A DNA stretch of 64,000 nucleotides from an uncultured Bacillota bacterium (GTDB lineage Bacteria; Bacillota; Clostridia; Christensenellales; UBA1242), in the NCBI GenBank assembly GCA_946499835.1, contig CAMMTJ010000002.1, positions 79,368 to 143,367 of the forward strand, given 5' to 3'. The notes beneath the pieces are model-generated. The model was not told the origin of the DNA and made no database searches. It saw nothing but the letters and a program-made list of their open reading frames with translations. Shown here in pieces: positions 48,984-58,300 of the stretch. The translations under genes were made by a program, and so were the position numbers. The number at the start of each line of letters is the position of its first letter. Positions within the stretch are counted from its first letter, which is position 1.

Positions 48984-49739
48984 TTATTTGATGTTTTTTA
49001 CCAAAAATTTGCCTAAATTTTCGTTGCAACAAGCAATATTATATTTTTTTGAAAGAATTGTTCCACTAAGGCAAACGGCACCTGCCTCTTTGCAGATAAA
49101 CATGCCAGGCATATAATCCCATTCATTGTTTGTGACAAGCACATAAGCACCAACTTTTGATGATGCAACGGCTGAATAACTGCAACAAGCCGCACCAAGC
49201 ATCCTTATGCAAAGAGTTTTTGTGGCAACTGCTTTTGCAAATCTAAAATAGAAATCATAATCGGCATCATTATGTTTTGGATCGCTTGTGCAAACTATTG
49301 TGTTTGCCATTTCAACATTTTTGTCAACAACAATTTGTTTGCCATTGAGATAAGCACCACAGCCGTTTTGTGCAAAGTAAAATTCATTTGTGCGTGGGAG
49401 AAAAATAAATGCAAACTGAGTTTCTCCTCTATCATAAAATGCCATTTGTATTCCAAAAAGAGGAAGCCCTTGCATAAAGTTTATCGTTCCATCAATAGGG
49501 TCAATGATCCAAGTTCTGTCTTGCAAAGTTGCATCATGAGAAAATTCTTCTGTCAAAAAATTATCTTTTGGAAAATGCTTTTTGATGACTTTTGTCAAAT
49601 ATTTTTCACAGGCAAGATCGCTTTCCGTGACAAAGTCGAACGAACCTTTTGCCTTCTTCTTTACATGATAGTCACCTAAAAACTTTTTTGCTGCTTTTTT
49701 TATGTGTTTTGTCATAAGTTTTATTTCTTTGTTATACAT
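48984..49739 (-). CDS. Inositol monophosphatase family protein
   Basis: WIIDPIDGTINF motif and IMPase-type length. Confidence 0.85.
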   Translation of the reverse strand: MYNKEIKLMTKHIKKAAKKFLGDYHVKKKAKGSFDFVTESDLACEKYLTKVIKKHFPKDNFLTEEFSHDATLQDRTWIIDPIDGTINFMQGLPLFGIQMAFYDRGETQFAFIFLPRTNEFYFAQNGCGAYLNGKQIVVDKNVEMANTIVCTSDPKHNDADYDFYFRFAKAVATKTLCIRMLGAACCSYSAVASSKVGAYVLVTNNEWDYMPGMFICKEAGAVCLSGTILSKKYNIACCNENLGKFLVKNIK

Positions 49740-49825
49740 TTTTTACCTCTTGCAAAAATAATATCATTTTACTTTTTTTATGTCAAACAATCAAAAGACA
49801 AATTCTTGCAATTTTCGAAAGTACA

Positions 49826-49994
49826 TCGTCACAAACGTCGCTCATACAAAGTTTTGGCAAACTTGTGCCCATTCGCTTGTTTGCTCCTCTTCCCAAAAAT
49901 CTTATGATTTTCGGGAGCCCTATTTTGAGGGGTTCGACTCTTCTCGGTTGAATATGTAACAAAAAAACGGAGCACATTTACTCCGTCATTCTCT
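49826..49994. repeat. tRNA-Glu-linked conserved element, copy 1
   Basis: The first roughly 135 nt match 59888-60022 with about 5 mismatches by hand alignment. Ends in the tRNA terminator hairpin (CGGAGCA..ACTCCG). Confidence 0.85.
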
Positions 49995-50069
49995 TGGTAG
50001 CCTCAAGGGGAGTCGAACCCCTCACTCCGCCGTGAAAGGGCGATGTCTTAACCGATTGACCATGAGGCC
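49995..50069 (-). tRNA. tRNA-Glu (anticodon TTC)
   Basis: GGCCTCATGGTCAATCGGTTAAGACATCGCCCTTTCACGGCGG...GGGGTTCGACTCCCCTTGAGGCTACCA. Resembles Bacillus tRNA-Glu. CCA is encoded. Confidence 0.9.
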
Positions 50070-50091
50070 ACAATTTGTGAGATACTTGCTC

Positions 50092-50120
50092 ATTATACGA
50101 AAAAAGGAATATACTGTCAA
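50092..50120 (-). promoter_or_regulatory. Consensus promoter for tRNA-Glu(TTC)
   Basis: Minus strand: TTGACA (50120-50115), a 17-nt spacer, then TATAAT (50097-50092). Confidence 0.75.
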
Positions 50121-50138
50121 GCATTTTTTGAAAAAAAG

Positions 50139-50894
50139 TCATTTTTTATCCACTTTTTCAAGCGGATTTCTTGCAATAGCACTCACATAAACGGCAGAAC
50201 AGTGATAATGTTTCAATAAACTAGCACAAGCATTCAAAGTTGCACCTGTGGTCATGACGTCATCAACTACCAAAATCTTTTTATCTTTTACAAAATTTTT
50301 GTCAGTTAAAGAAAGCGTTCCAGCAAGATTTTGTTGCCTTTGTGCAAAGTTTAAATTCTTTTGAGCACTGCTTTCTTTGATTTTGAGAAGCAGGTCAGTG
50401 CAGACTGGCTTATCCAGCAGTTTTCCAAGTTCGTTTGAGAGAAGTTCTGATTGGTTATACCCACGCTTTGCCAGTTTCTTTTTGTAAAGTGGCACAGGAA
50501 TAATTATGTCAAAATCAACTTTCTCATCTTGAATGCGCTTTGCCATATATTTTGCAAATGTTGGAGCAAGATACCTTCCATTGTCATCTTTAAGTTTCAA
50601 GATTGCACTTCTTACCTTTCCGGTGTAAATGAAAGGACAAAATGCTTTGTCAAAAGACTTATGTTTTTCTTTGCAAAAGTCACAGACTTTGTTGCCATCA
50701 AGTATGGGATTGTCACAATAAACGCAACGATTTGCGTCATTGAAAATGCCTTCGCTCAAACAGTTTGAACAAAACGGAGAGTTTTCAAAATCTGGCACAT
50801 CACGTCCACAAAGTATGCACTTGATAGAAGAAGGGAAAAGTGCTTCTAAGATGACATCTTTTGTTTTTGTGATGATTTTCATTATTTTTGACAT
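50139..50894 (-). CDS. comFC: ComF-family protein (ComFC-like phosphoribosyltransferase-fold)
   Basis: N-terminal Cys4 finger (CILCGR...CSNC) and a C-terminal PRTase loop ILVVDDVMTTGATL. Immediately downstream of recD2. Confidence 0.8.
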   Translation of the reverse strand: MSKIMKIITKTKDVILEALFPSSIKCILCGRDVPDFENSPFCSNCLSEGIFNDANRCVYCDNPILDGNKVCDFCKEKHKSFDKAFCPFIYTGKVRSAILKLKDDNGRYLAPTFAKYMAKRIQDEKVDFDIIIPVPLYKKKLAKRGYNQSELLSNELGKLLDKPVCTDLLLKIKESSAQKNLNFAQRQQNLAGTLSLTDKNFVKDKKILVVDDVMTTGATLNACASLLKHYHCSAVYVSAIARNPLEKVDKK

Positions 50895-50898
50895 AATT

Positions 50899-53142
50899 TT
50901 AATTAAAAAGTTCGTTTATCTTTTGATCAGTTTGAAGAATAAGGTCTTTGAGAAGTGTGAAACGTTGAACGGTGTATGAGTTTGAGACCATGCGTTTCAA
51001 GTTTTTCTTTTCGCCTACAATAACAACCATTTTTTTGGCACGAGTTACTGCGGTGTATATGAGATTTCGTGTCAAGATCATGCTTGGCCCAGCGATTGCA
51101 GGAATTATGACAACATCAAACTCACTGCCTTGGCTTTTGTGAATTGTGATAGCATAGGCGAGAGAAAGTTGGTTTATGTCAGTGCGTGGATAAACACAAA
51201 CTCTTCCATCTTCAAAAACGACTGTTGTTTCACCAGTTTGATAGTCAATCGCTTCAATATATCCTATATCACCATTGAAAACGCCTTCGCCTTCTTCCTC
51301 CAAAAAGCCATTCATTCTTTTCCAAACGAGGTTGTAATTGTTTGCAGTTTGCATAACCTTGTCGCCAACGCGGAAGATTGTTTCGCCGACTGCAAGTTCC
51401 ATTTTTTTGATTGATGGAGGGTTGATTTTCTCTTGCAAGATTTTGTTAAGGTTGTCAATACCACACAGTCCTGCTTTTAGGGGAGCGAGCACTTGAATTT
51501 GTGCACTTTCAAGCCCTGTAAATTTTGGGAGCCTTTTTGTCACCATATTGACAATAGATTGCATGGTCTGTGACAATTCGCTGTGCTCTTCAAAGAAAAA
51601 GTCTTTTGAAGAATTGTCAATTACTGGCATTTTGCCAGAATTGATAAGGTGGGCGTTGGTGATTATCAAACTGTTTTCTGCTTGACGGAAAATTTTTGTC
51701 AGCATTGACACAACAATTTTTCCACTTTTGAGTATGTCACCAAGGACATTGCCTGCACCCACGCTTGGCAGTTGGTCTTTATCACCCACGAGGATGAGTT
51801 TGCAATCTCTTGGAAGTGCTTTGCATAGACTGCTCATAAGAGCGACATCGACCATAGAGACTTCGTCAACAATGACGGCGTTTGTTTTGAGTGGGTTATT
51901 TTCATTGTGGACAAACCTAGACAGACTGCCACCATTGTTTTGTCCAACTTCAAGTGCACGGTGTATCGTTTTTGCCTCTTCACCTGTGCTGTCTGCAAGG
52001 CGTTTTGAGGCTCTGCCAGTTGGGGCGAGAAGCATATAGTCTTGTTTGTTTTGTTTAAGTATTTCAATGATACATTTGATAATGGTTGTCTTTCCTGTTC
52101 CGGGGCCACCAGTAATGACAGAGACGCCACTATTTATTGAACTAATAATCGCATTTTTCTGCTCTTGGTGAAATTTGATTTTATTCTTCACTTCAAACGC
52201 TTCAATCTCATCATCCAGTTTTTGCTGTTTTGTCACAACTGAACGGTTGAGCATGCAAAGTTTTTGTGCAACCGAACTTTCATAAAAATAGTATTTGCTC
52301 GGCATGACTATTTCACTGCCGTTATGAAACATTGTCTTAAATGTTTTGTCAAGAGTGAGAGAGTCAAGTGCCTCGGCAAAAGTTTGAGAGTGCTTTTCTT
52401 GATCAAGTTCCAAAACCTGTGAGGCAGAAGAGAAAAGCATTTCTTTTGGCAGATATGTGTTGCCAGTGCGATCTACTGCCATATTCATTGCATGAATTAT
52501 GCCCGCTCTCACTCTAAACTCGCTGTCGTGCGGTATTCCAACGCTTTGAGCGATGCGGTCTGCCGTCAAAAAACCTATGCCGTCAATGTCTTCAAGCAGT
52601 TTGTAAGGGTTGTTTTTGACAATGTCAACAGTTTTGTCTTGATATGCCTCATATATTTTGAGGGCCATATTTGTTGAGATGTTATACTTTTGCAAAAACA
52701 TGATTGAGTTTTGCATTTTTTTGAGTTCTTTGAATTTTTCTCCAATTTCGAGTGCCTTTTTTGGACTTACGTTGCGCACTTCTGCAAGGCGTGACGGTGC
52801 CATTTCAATAATATCAAAGGTATCCTTGCCAAAATGTGAAACGATGTTGTGAGCGGTGACAGGCCCAATGCCTTTTATAAGCCCAGAAGAAAGATATTTT
52901 TCAATCCCTGCAAGAGAAGTTGGAAGGACGATTTCATATGATGAAAAGGAAAATTGATAGCCATACTTTGAGTTGTTGACATATTCGCCTTCAAGAGCCA
53001 CATTTTCGCCGACATTTATTTCCACCATTTTGCCAACGGCGGTGACGAATGTGCCTCGAAAGTCAATTATTGCCACAGTATAGCCATTTTGTTCATTTCT
53101 AAAAATGATTTCTTCAACACTTCCTTCAATTCGCATAGTCAT
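50899..53142 (-). CDS. recD2: SF1B ATP-dependent DNA helicase RecD2
   Basis: 747 aa. N-terminal EEIIFRNEQNGYTVA OB-like start, HhH region, Walker A GGPGTGKTT, and C-terminal AITIHKSQGSEF. Confidence 0.9.
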   Translation of the reverse strand: MTMRIEGSVEEIIFRNEQNGYTVAIIDFRGTFVTAVGKMVEINVGENVALEGEYVNNSKYGYQFSFSSYEIVLPTSLAGIEKYLSSGLIKGIGPVTAHNIVSHFGKDTFDIIEMAPSRLAEVRNVSPKKALEIGEKFKELKKMQNSIMFLQKYNISTNMALKIYEAYQDKTVDIVKNNPYKLLEDIDGIGFLTADRIAQSVGIPHDSEFRVRAGIIHAMNMAVDRTGNTYLPKEMLFSSASQVLELDQEKHSQTFAEALDSLTLDKTFKTMFHNGSEIVMPSKYYFYESSVAQKLCMLNRSVVTKQQKLDDEIEAFEVKNKIKFHQEQKNAIISSINSGVSVITGGPGTGKTTIIKCIIEILKQNKQDYMLLAPTGRASKRLADSTGEEAKTIHRALEVGQNNGGSLSRFVHNENNPLKTNAVIVDEVSMVDVALMSSLCKALPRDCKLILVGDKDQLPSVGAGNVLGDILKSGKIVVSMLTKIFRQAENSLIITNAHLINSGKMPVIDNSSKDFFFEEHSELSQTMQSIVNMVTKRLPKFTGLESAQIQVLAPLKAGLCGIDNLNKILQEKINPPSIKKMELAVGETIFRVGDKVMQTANNYNLVWKRMNGFLEEEGEGVFNGDIGYIEAIDYQTGETTVVFEDGRVCVYPRTDINQLSLAYAITIHKSQGSEFDVVIIPAIAGPSMILTRNLIYTAVTRAKKMVVIVGEKKNLKRMVSNSYTVQRFTLLKDLILQTDQKINELFN

Positions 53143-53231
53143 ATTTTAATACCTAAAAGTGTAAAAAATCAAGCAAAATGCTTGCAACTTGCAAAAATTT
53201 CATATATACTATCACCTGTAAGAGAAAAAAT

Positions 53232-53615
53232 ATGGAACGGGCAAAAAAAGTTATCGAAATTGAATCATTGACAGAAAATTTGCTGAAAAGTTGCAAAAAC
53301 AGCACCATGTTGCGACTGAAAGTTTTGTATTTCGCATCAGTTTATGAAAACTTGTCTGTAAGCATGATTATTGAAAAACTAGGACTTAAAAAATCTAATT
53401 TTGCACTTTTGACTGCCGAACTTGAAAAGGAAGGTCTTATACAGATCAAACAGGCAGAGATTGACAGGCGATGTCGCACTATCAGTTTAACGGAAAAAGG
53501 AAAGGCTGAACTTGCAAGTTTTGAAGAAGCACTTGAAAAACAACTTGGGGCAACTTCGGTGGAAGTTGACAAGGCGCTGGACACTTTGATGAATTTTTTG
53601 AATAAAATAGTATAG
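53232..53615 (+). CDS. MarR-family transcriptional regulator
   Basis: Winged-helix pattern (SVSMIIEKLGLKKSNFALLTAELEKEGLI...DRRCRTISLTEKG). Start uncertain (track ORF begins at 53178). Confidence 0.7.
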   Translation: MERAKKVIEIESLTENLLKSCKNSTMLRLKVLYFASVYENLSVSMIIEKLGLKKSNFALLTAELEKEGLIQIKQAEIDRRCRTISLTEKGKAELASFEEALEKQLGATSVEVDKALDTLMNFLNKIV

Positions 53616-53628
53616 GGAGATTAAAACT

Positions 53629-55044
53629 GTGAAAATATACAACACGCTCACAAGAAGAAAAGAAGAGTTTGTGCCTATTTCTTCTGGCAAAGTGGGAATG
53701 TATGTTTGCGGACCGACAGTTTACGGAATGCCTCATGTTGGTCATGCAAAAAGTTATATCAATTTCGACATCGTTCACCGCACTTTCAAAAAACTTGGTT
53801 TTAAGGTCAAGTATGTGCAAAATATAACAGATGTTGGGCATCTTGTTGGTGACGGCGATGAGGGGGAAGACAAAATTGCAAAACAGGCAAGAATAGAAAT
53901 GCTTGATCCATACGAGATTGCATATAAGTATGAGGTTGAGTATTTTGATGCAATGGACAAACTCAATGTCCTTCGTCCAAGTATATCTTGCCGTGCGACA
54001 GGCTTTATTCCAGAGATTATCGATGCCGTGCAAGAGATAATTGACAAAGGTTATGGCTATGTGACAAAGGAAGGCAATGTTTATTTTGACGTGCATGCTC
54101 TTTCAAGTTATGGCATGCTCTCAAACCGCACTCTTGACAAAACTCTGAGCGGAGAGAGAATTGAAGTCGCTGATGATAAAAAACATCCAGAAGATTTTGC
54201 TCTTTGGAAAGCGGTTGAGCCAAACACCCTTATGAAATGGAAGAGCCCTTGGGGAGTGGGTTGCCCAGGTTGGCATATTGAGTGTTCTGTGCTTGGCAGA
54301 AAGTTTTTGGGTGAGCAGTTTGACATACATGGCGGAGGAATTGACAATCTTTTCCCTCATCATGAATGTGAATGTGCACAAGGAAGAGTTTTGACTGGAA
54401 ATGTGCCAATGCACTATTTCATGCACAACAATCTTGTGACAGTCAATGGCACAAAAATGGGCAAAAGCCTTGGAAATTTCATCACTCTCAAAGATTTGTT
54501 TGCAAAATATGATCCAATGGTTGTGAGATATTTCATCGTGCAATTCCATTATAGAAGTGCAGTTGATTTTAATGAAGATGGACTTGTGCTTGCAAAAAAA
54601 CAATTTGAAAAGTTTGAAGAACTTGCCAGCAATGTGAGAAATTTGACAAAGGATCAAAAAATGCCGACAGGTGAACTTGAAGAGATTTACTCATCTTCGC
54701 TTGACGCATTGCAAGATGATTTCAACACACCAGTTGTTATCGCGCAAATGTTGAAGTTTGCAAAAATATCCGCACCTCTTGTTTCAAAAGGGGATAAGGA
54801 AAAAGCAAAGGAGGCAAATTTCATCATAAAAAACATTTTGGAAGATGTGCTTGGGCTTGTGTTTAAGGAAGAAATGAAAAAGGAAGAGGAAATTTCACAA
54901 GAGGTGAAAGACCTTGCCGAAAAGCGTATGCAGGCAAAGAAAAACAAAGATTATGCACTTGCAGATAGTCTGAGGTCTGAAATCACACAAAAAGGTTTTA
55001 TCATCATAGACACCAAAGACGGATTTGAACTCAAAAAGAAATAG
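53629..55044 (+). CDS. cysS: Cysteine--tRNA ligase
   Basis: GTG start behind GGGAGA. HIGH region (PHVGHAKSY), WGVGCPGWHIEC, KMGKSLGN. Confidence 0.95.
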   Translation: MKIYNTLTRRKEEFVPISSGKVGMYVCGPTVYGMPHVGHAKSYINFDIVHRTFKKLGFKVKYVQNITDVGHLVGDGDEGEDKIAKQARIEMLDPYEIAYKYEVEYFDAMDKLNVLRPSISCRATGFIPEIIDAVQEIIDKGYGYVTKEGNVYFDVHALSSYGMLSNRTLDKTLSGERIEVADDKKHPEDFALWKAVEPNTLMKWKSPWGVGCPGWHIECSVLGRKFLGEQFDIHGGGIDNLFPHHECECAQGRVLTGNVPMHYFMHNNLVTVNGTKMGKSLGNFITLKDLFAKYDPMVVRYFIVQFHYRSAVDFNEDGLVLAKKQFEKFEELASNVRNLTKDQKMPTGELEEIYSSSLDALQDDFNTPVVIAQMLKFAKISAPLVSKGDKEKAKEANFIIKNILEDVLGLVFKEEMKKEEEISQEVKDLAEKRMQAKKNKDYALADSLRSEITQKGFIIIDTKDGFELKKK

Positions 55045-55073
55045 ACTGACATATCGCTGTCAGTCTTTTTTTT
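55044..55073 (+). terminator. Intrinsic terminator after cysS
   Basis: GACTGACA-tatcgc-TGTCAGTC followed by T8. Confidence 0.85.
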
Positions 55074-55320
55074 GCTTTTTTGCACCAATTTGTTTGATAG
55101 AAATAAGGCTTTTGTGATACAATAATTTTGTCGAAAAGTGTCGCAATCGTCTTTTATCGACAAAAGCACGTCTATCCCATGAAAAATAGGGCGAAAAATA
55201 AAATCAGAAAAGGTGGAATAATGCTCAATTTTGCTTGATTTTTTGCAGTGACGGGTGATAAACTTGAACTGCGACAAGAAAGTGACAAAAATTTGACAGA
55301 AATACGCAAGGGGAAAATAT

Positions 55321-58300
55321 TTGAAGCAAAAAAGAAAAATATTATTGTGTGCATTGTCTTTTATTGCAGTTGCCCTATTTTCATGTGGCATTGCTTTTTT
55401 GCCACTTGACGCTTTTTCTCCATCAAATGAAAATCAAGAAGAAACAACGGAAGCAAGAGATTTTAGCGTGACTGTAAGTATGGGGACTATGACACTCTCT
55501 AGTGATTTTTTGGGATATGGTGGCAATACAAATGCAGACTATACATATACCACAGAGACAGGATATAGGATCACAGTCCAAGGCCCAAGACTTAAATTAC
55601 ATATTCATGCGGGAAGGACGATTAATAAGCCGGCCCGCAATATAACATTAACAAGTTATCAGTCAAGTTATTCTGACAATTTTTCTGAAAGTGGTATATT
55701 GAACAATTCAAAATATCAAATTTGTTGGGAAATTGCTGGTAATTCCTCTTATTATAATTATGCATTCGACGAGCCAAGTATATCAATAGATCCACAAGGA
55801 TCTGTAACATCTGACCACTATTCATGCTCTTTACCATTGGATCATTGGGTGACATATAATACAGGAGATAATGGAGACTCATCTTGTTCTGTAAGTTGGT
55901 TTGCTCCGGCTCAGTCGGTCATTACGAGGTTTGTTATAATAAGAGATGGACAGCAAGTCGATACATTAACAAGAACTGATTATTATCGAGAATTGACCGA
56001 TCATCCTAGTTATCCAACATACACAGGTTATACACTTCAAGGTGTATATAATGGAACAACGACATCCTCATCCAAAGTTTACAACACAACTGAGCGTGTT
56101 GTTAGCGATGGCGGAACATATTATGTGATTTACACAAGAAACAGTTATTATGTTGATGTAAACAACTATTTTAACGGAAGCAACGATGGTGCCGTAAATC
56201 TTGGCTTTTCATTTAATGTCAGAATAAACAATGTGGCAACTGGCGGTGATATTCAAGATTATTACACTCAACAACCATACCAAACAAAGTTTGAGGTGTA
56301 TGATATAAGGATCAATGCTGGTTATCATCTTGACCACTATACAATTTCAGTGAGTGGTATTGAGCAGTCGGGCAGTTCGGCGAGCAACATTATTATCACC
56401 ACGCCGGCACAGGCGGTGACCATATCTTTGTATTTTGTCCCCAATACCTATTCAGTCCGGTTTAACCCAAATGGGGGAAGTGGAAGTGCTGTCACTCAGA
56501 CAGGATTTAATTATGGACAATCGACCGCTCTTCGTGCAAATACCTTTACAAGAGAATATTACACATTCTTGGGCTGGTCAACGAGTCCAACGGCAACTTC
56601 TGCCACTTTCACGGATGGTCAATCGGTAAGCACACTCACAACCACAAATGGAGGTATAGTCGATCTTTATGCTGTATGGGTACAAACCTCATTTGCTCTC
56701 ACAATTGATCCAAATGGTGGAACGTGGAATGGATCAACAAATTCACAGTCATTTATTCAAGAAGATGGAACCTCGCAAGACATTGCCGTGCCAACGAGGT
56801 ATGGCTACAACTTTGCAGGCTGGGCAATCTCTGGCGGTGATGGAAGTTTGTCAACCTTTGGAAATATATATTCAAGAAGCACAGATCCATTCTTTATCAG
56901 TAGCAACAATAATGTGGATGTTTACAACAATGCAAAAGATGGTTCAGTAACCCACACACTCATTTCATCAACAAGTGCAGGACTTGATGACTGGATAAGC
57001 GGTGGAAGAGTTTTGCGAGTCAGATATACAGGCTCTTGCGTATGGGGAAATGGGCTTGTTCAATCGATAAGCACAAGTGCAAACAAAGTTTTCTACACAA
57101 TGATTTATGCAAAAGTGCCAGTCGGCTACACATTAGAGCCGGCATACAATGCTTCTGGTGACGGTGCGACAAGGACATGGATGACATCAAATCAAGGCAC
57201 AGGCAACTGGCAAACATATGTTATGCGATGGAATTGTGGATCGTCAGGGACGTTCAGCGATGTTGGATATTGGTATCTTTCAGGGCCATCAGCATCCTCT
57301 TCAAACCCAGTAGATTTGGATATTGCATATCTATGTTCATTTGATGCAACAGGACTTTCAGTAAGTGGGGTTGCAACCAATTCAACGACATACACATATG
57401 GTTCAAGCAATGTCACTCTTTTGGCACTTTGGGAAGACACATGGATCAACCACACAACTCCTTTCTCAGGTTCAGGAACAGAAGAAGATCCATACATAAT
57501 TGCAAGTGCAGAAAATCTTGCATATCTTTCAGAACAGGTTTATGATGGCTTTTCAAAATTTTATAATAAATATTTCAAACAAACAGCAAACATTGATTTA
57601 ATGCAGTACAACTGGCAACCAATAGGGGTGGAAATAAACAGATCAAATTCTAATGTGTATTGCTATTTTGGTGGATCATATGATGGAAATGGTTATACCA
57701 TTTCAAACCTTCACACACCATATGGCACGACAGGTGCTTATTGCTATCAAGGTTTGTTTGGACTTACATATACATACACAGACTCCTCTTCAACGATAAA
57801 AAATATCACAATGAAAAATGTAGATATCAGAGGCAATGCCTATGTAGGTGGAATAGTTGGCTTGTGGATATCTAGCACAGGAACAATTCAACTTGACAAT
57901 TGCTCAGTTGACGGAAATGTATATGGCGATGTAGGTGTTGGAGGGGTTGTTGGAGAAGCAAGTTCAAGAGAAATAGGCAATATTATTATGTCTGATTGTC
58001 TTTCAAACGCTTCTGTTAGTGCCAGTGGCAATAGTGTTGGAGGGCTTGTTGGTAGTGCAAAAGTATTGAGTACAGGCTCTATTCGAATTGAAAATAGCGT
58101 AAATAATGGATCAGTAATTTCTACAACTTCTTCATATGTTGGAGGTGTAGTTGGATCAGTATCCTCAGGGACAACAGTTGATGCTTGCATAAACAATGGT
58201 TCAGTCAGTGGACGTGAGTTTGTCGGTGGAATTGCTGGAAGTGTTGCTTGGAGCGGTGCAACCGTCAGAAACTCAACCAACAACGGTGCTGTAACTGGAA

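Noticed and set aside
49783-49977. 64-aa ORF (and the 78-aa ORF at 59891-60127) covering the tRNA-Glu-linked element, considered as a possible small protein gene.
   Set aside because: The two nearly identical DNA copies are read in different frames and give unrelated peptides. The second ORF also runs through the tRNA gene. No RBS is present. The element is treated as non-coding.
53482-54096. 204-aa minus-strand ORF. Similar long antisense ORFs occur at 23632-24240, 13993-14703, 5711-6373, 11197-11781 and 25792-26226.
   Set aside because: All are antisense to well-supported conserved genes (cysS, nusG, ychF, gyrB, metG, and the hypothetical pair). They lack RBSs and have the Phe/Ile/Lys/Cys-rich composition typical of AT-rich shadow frames.
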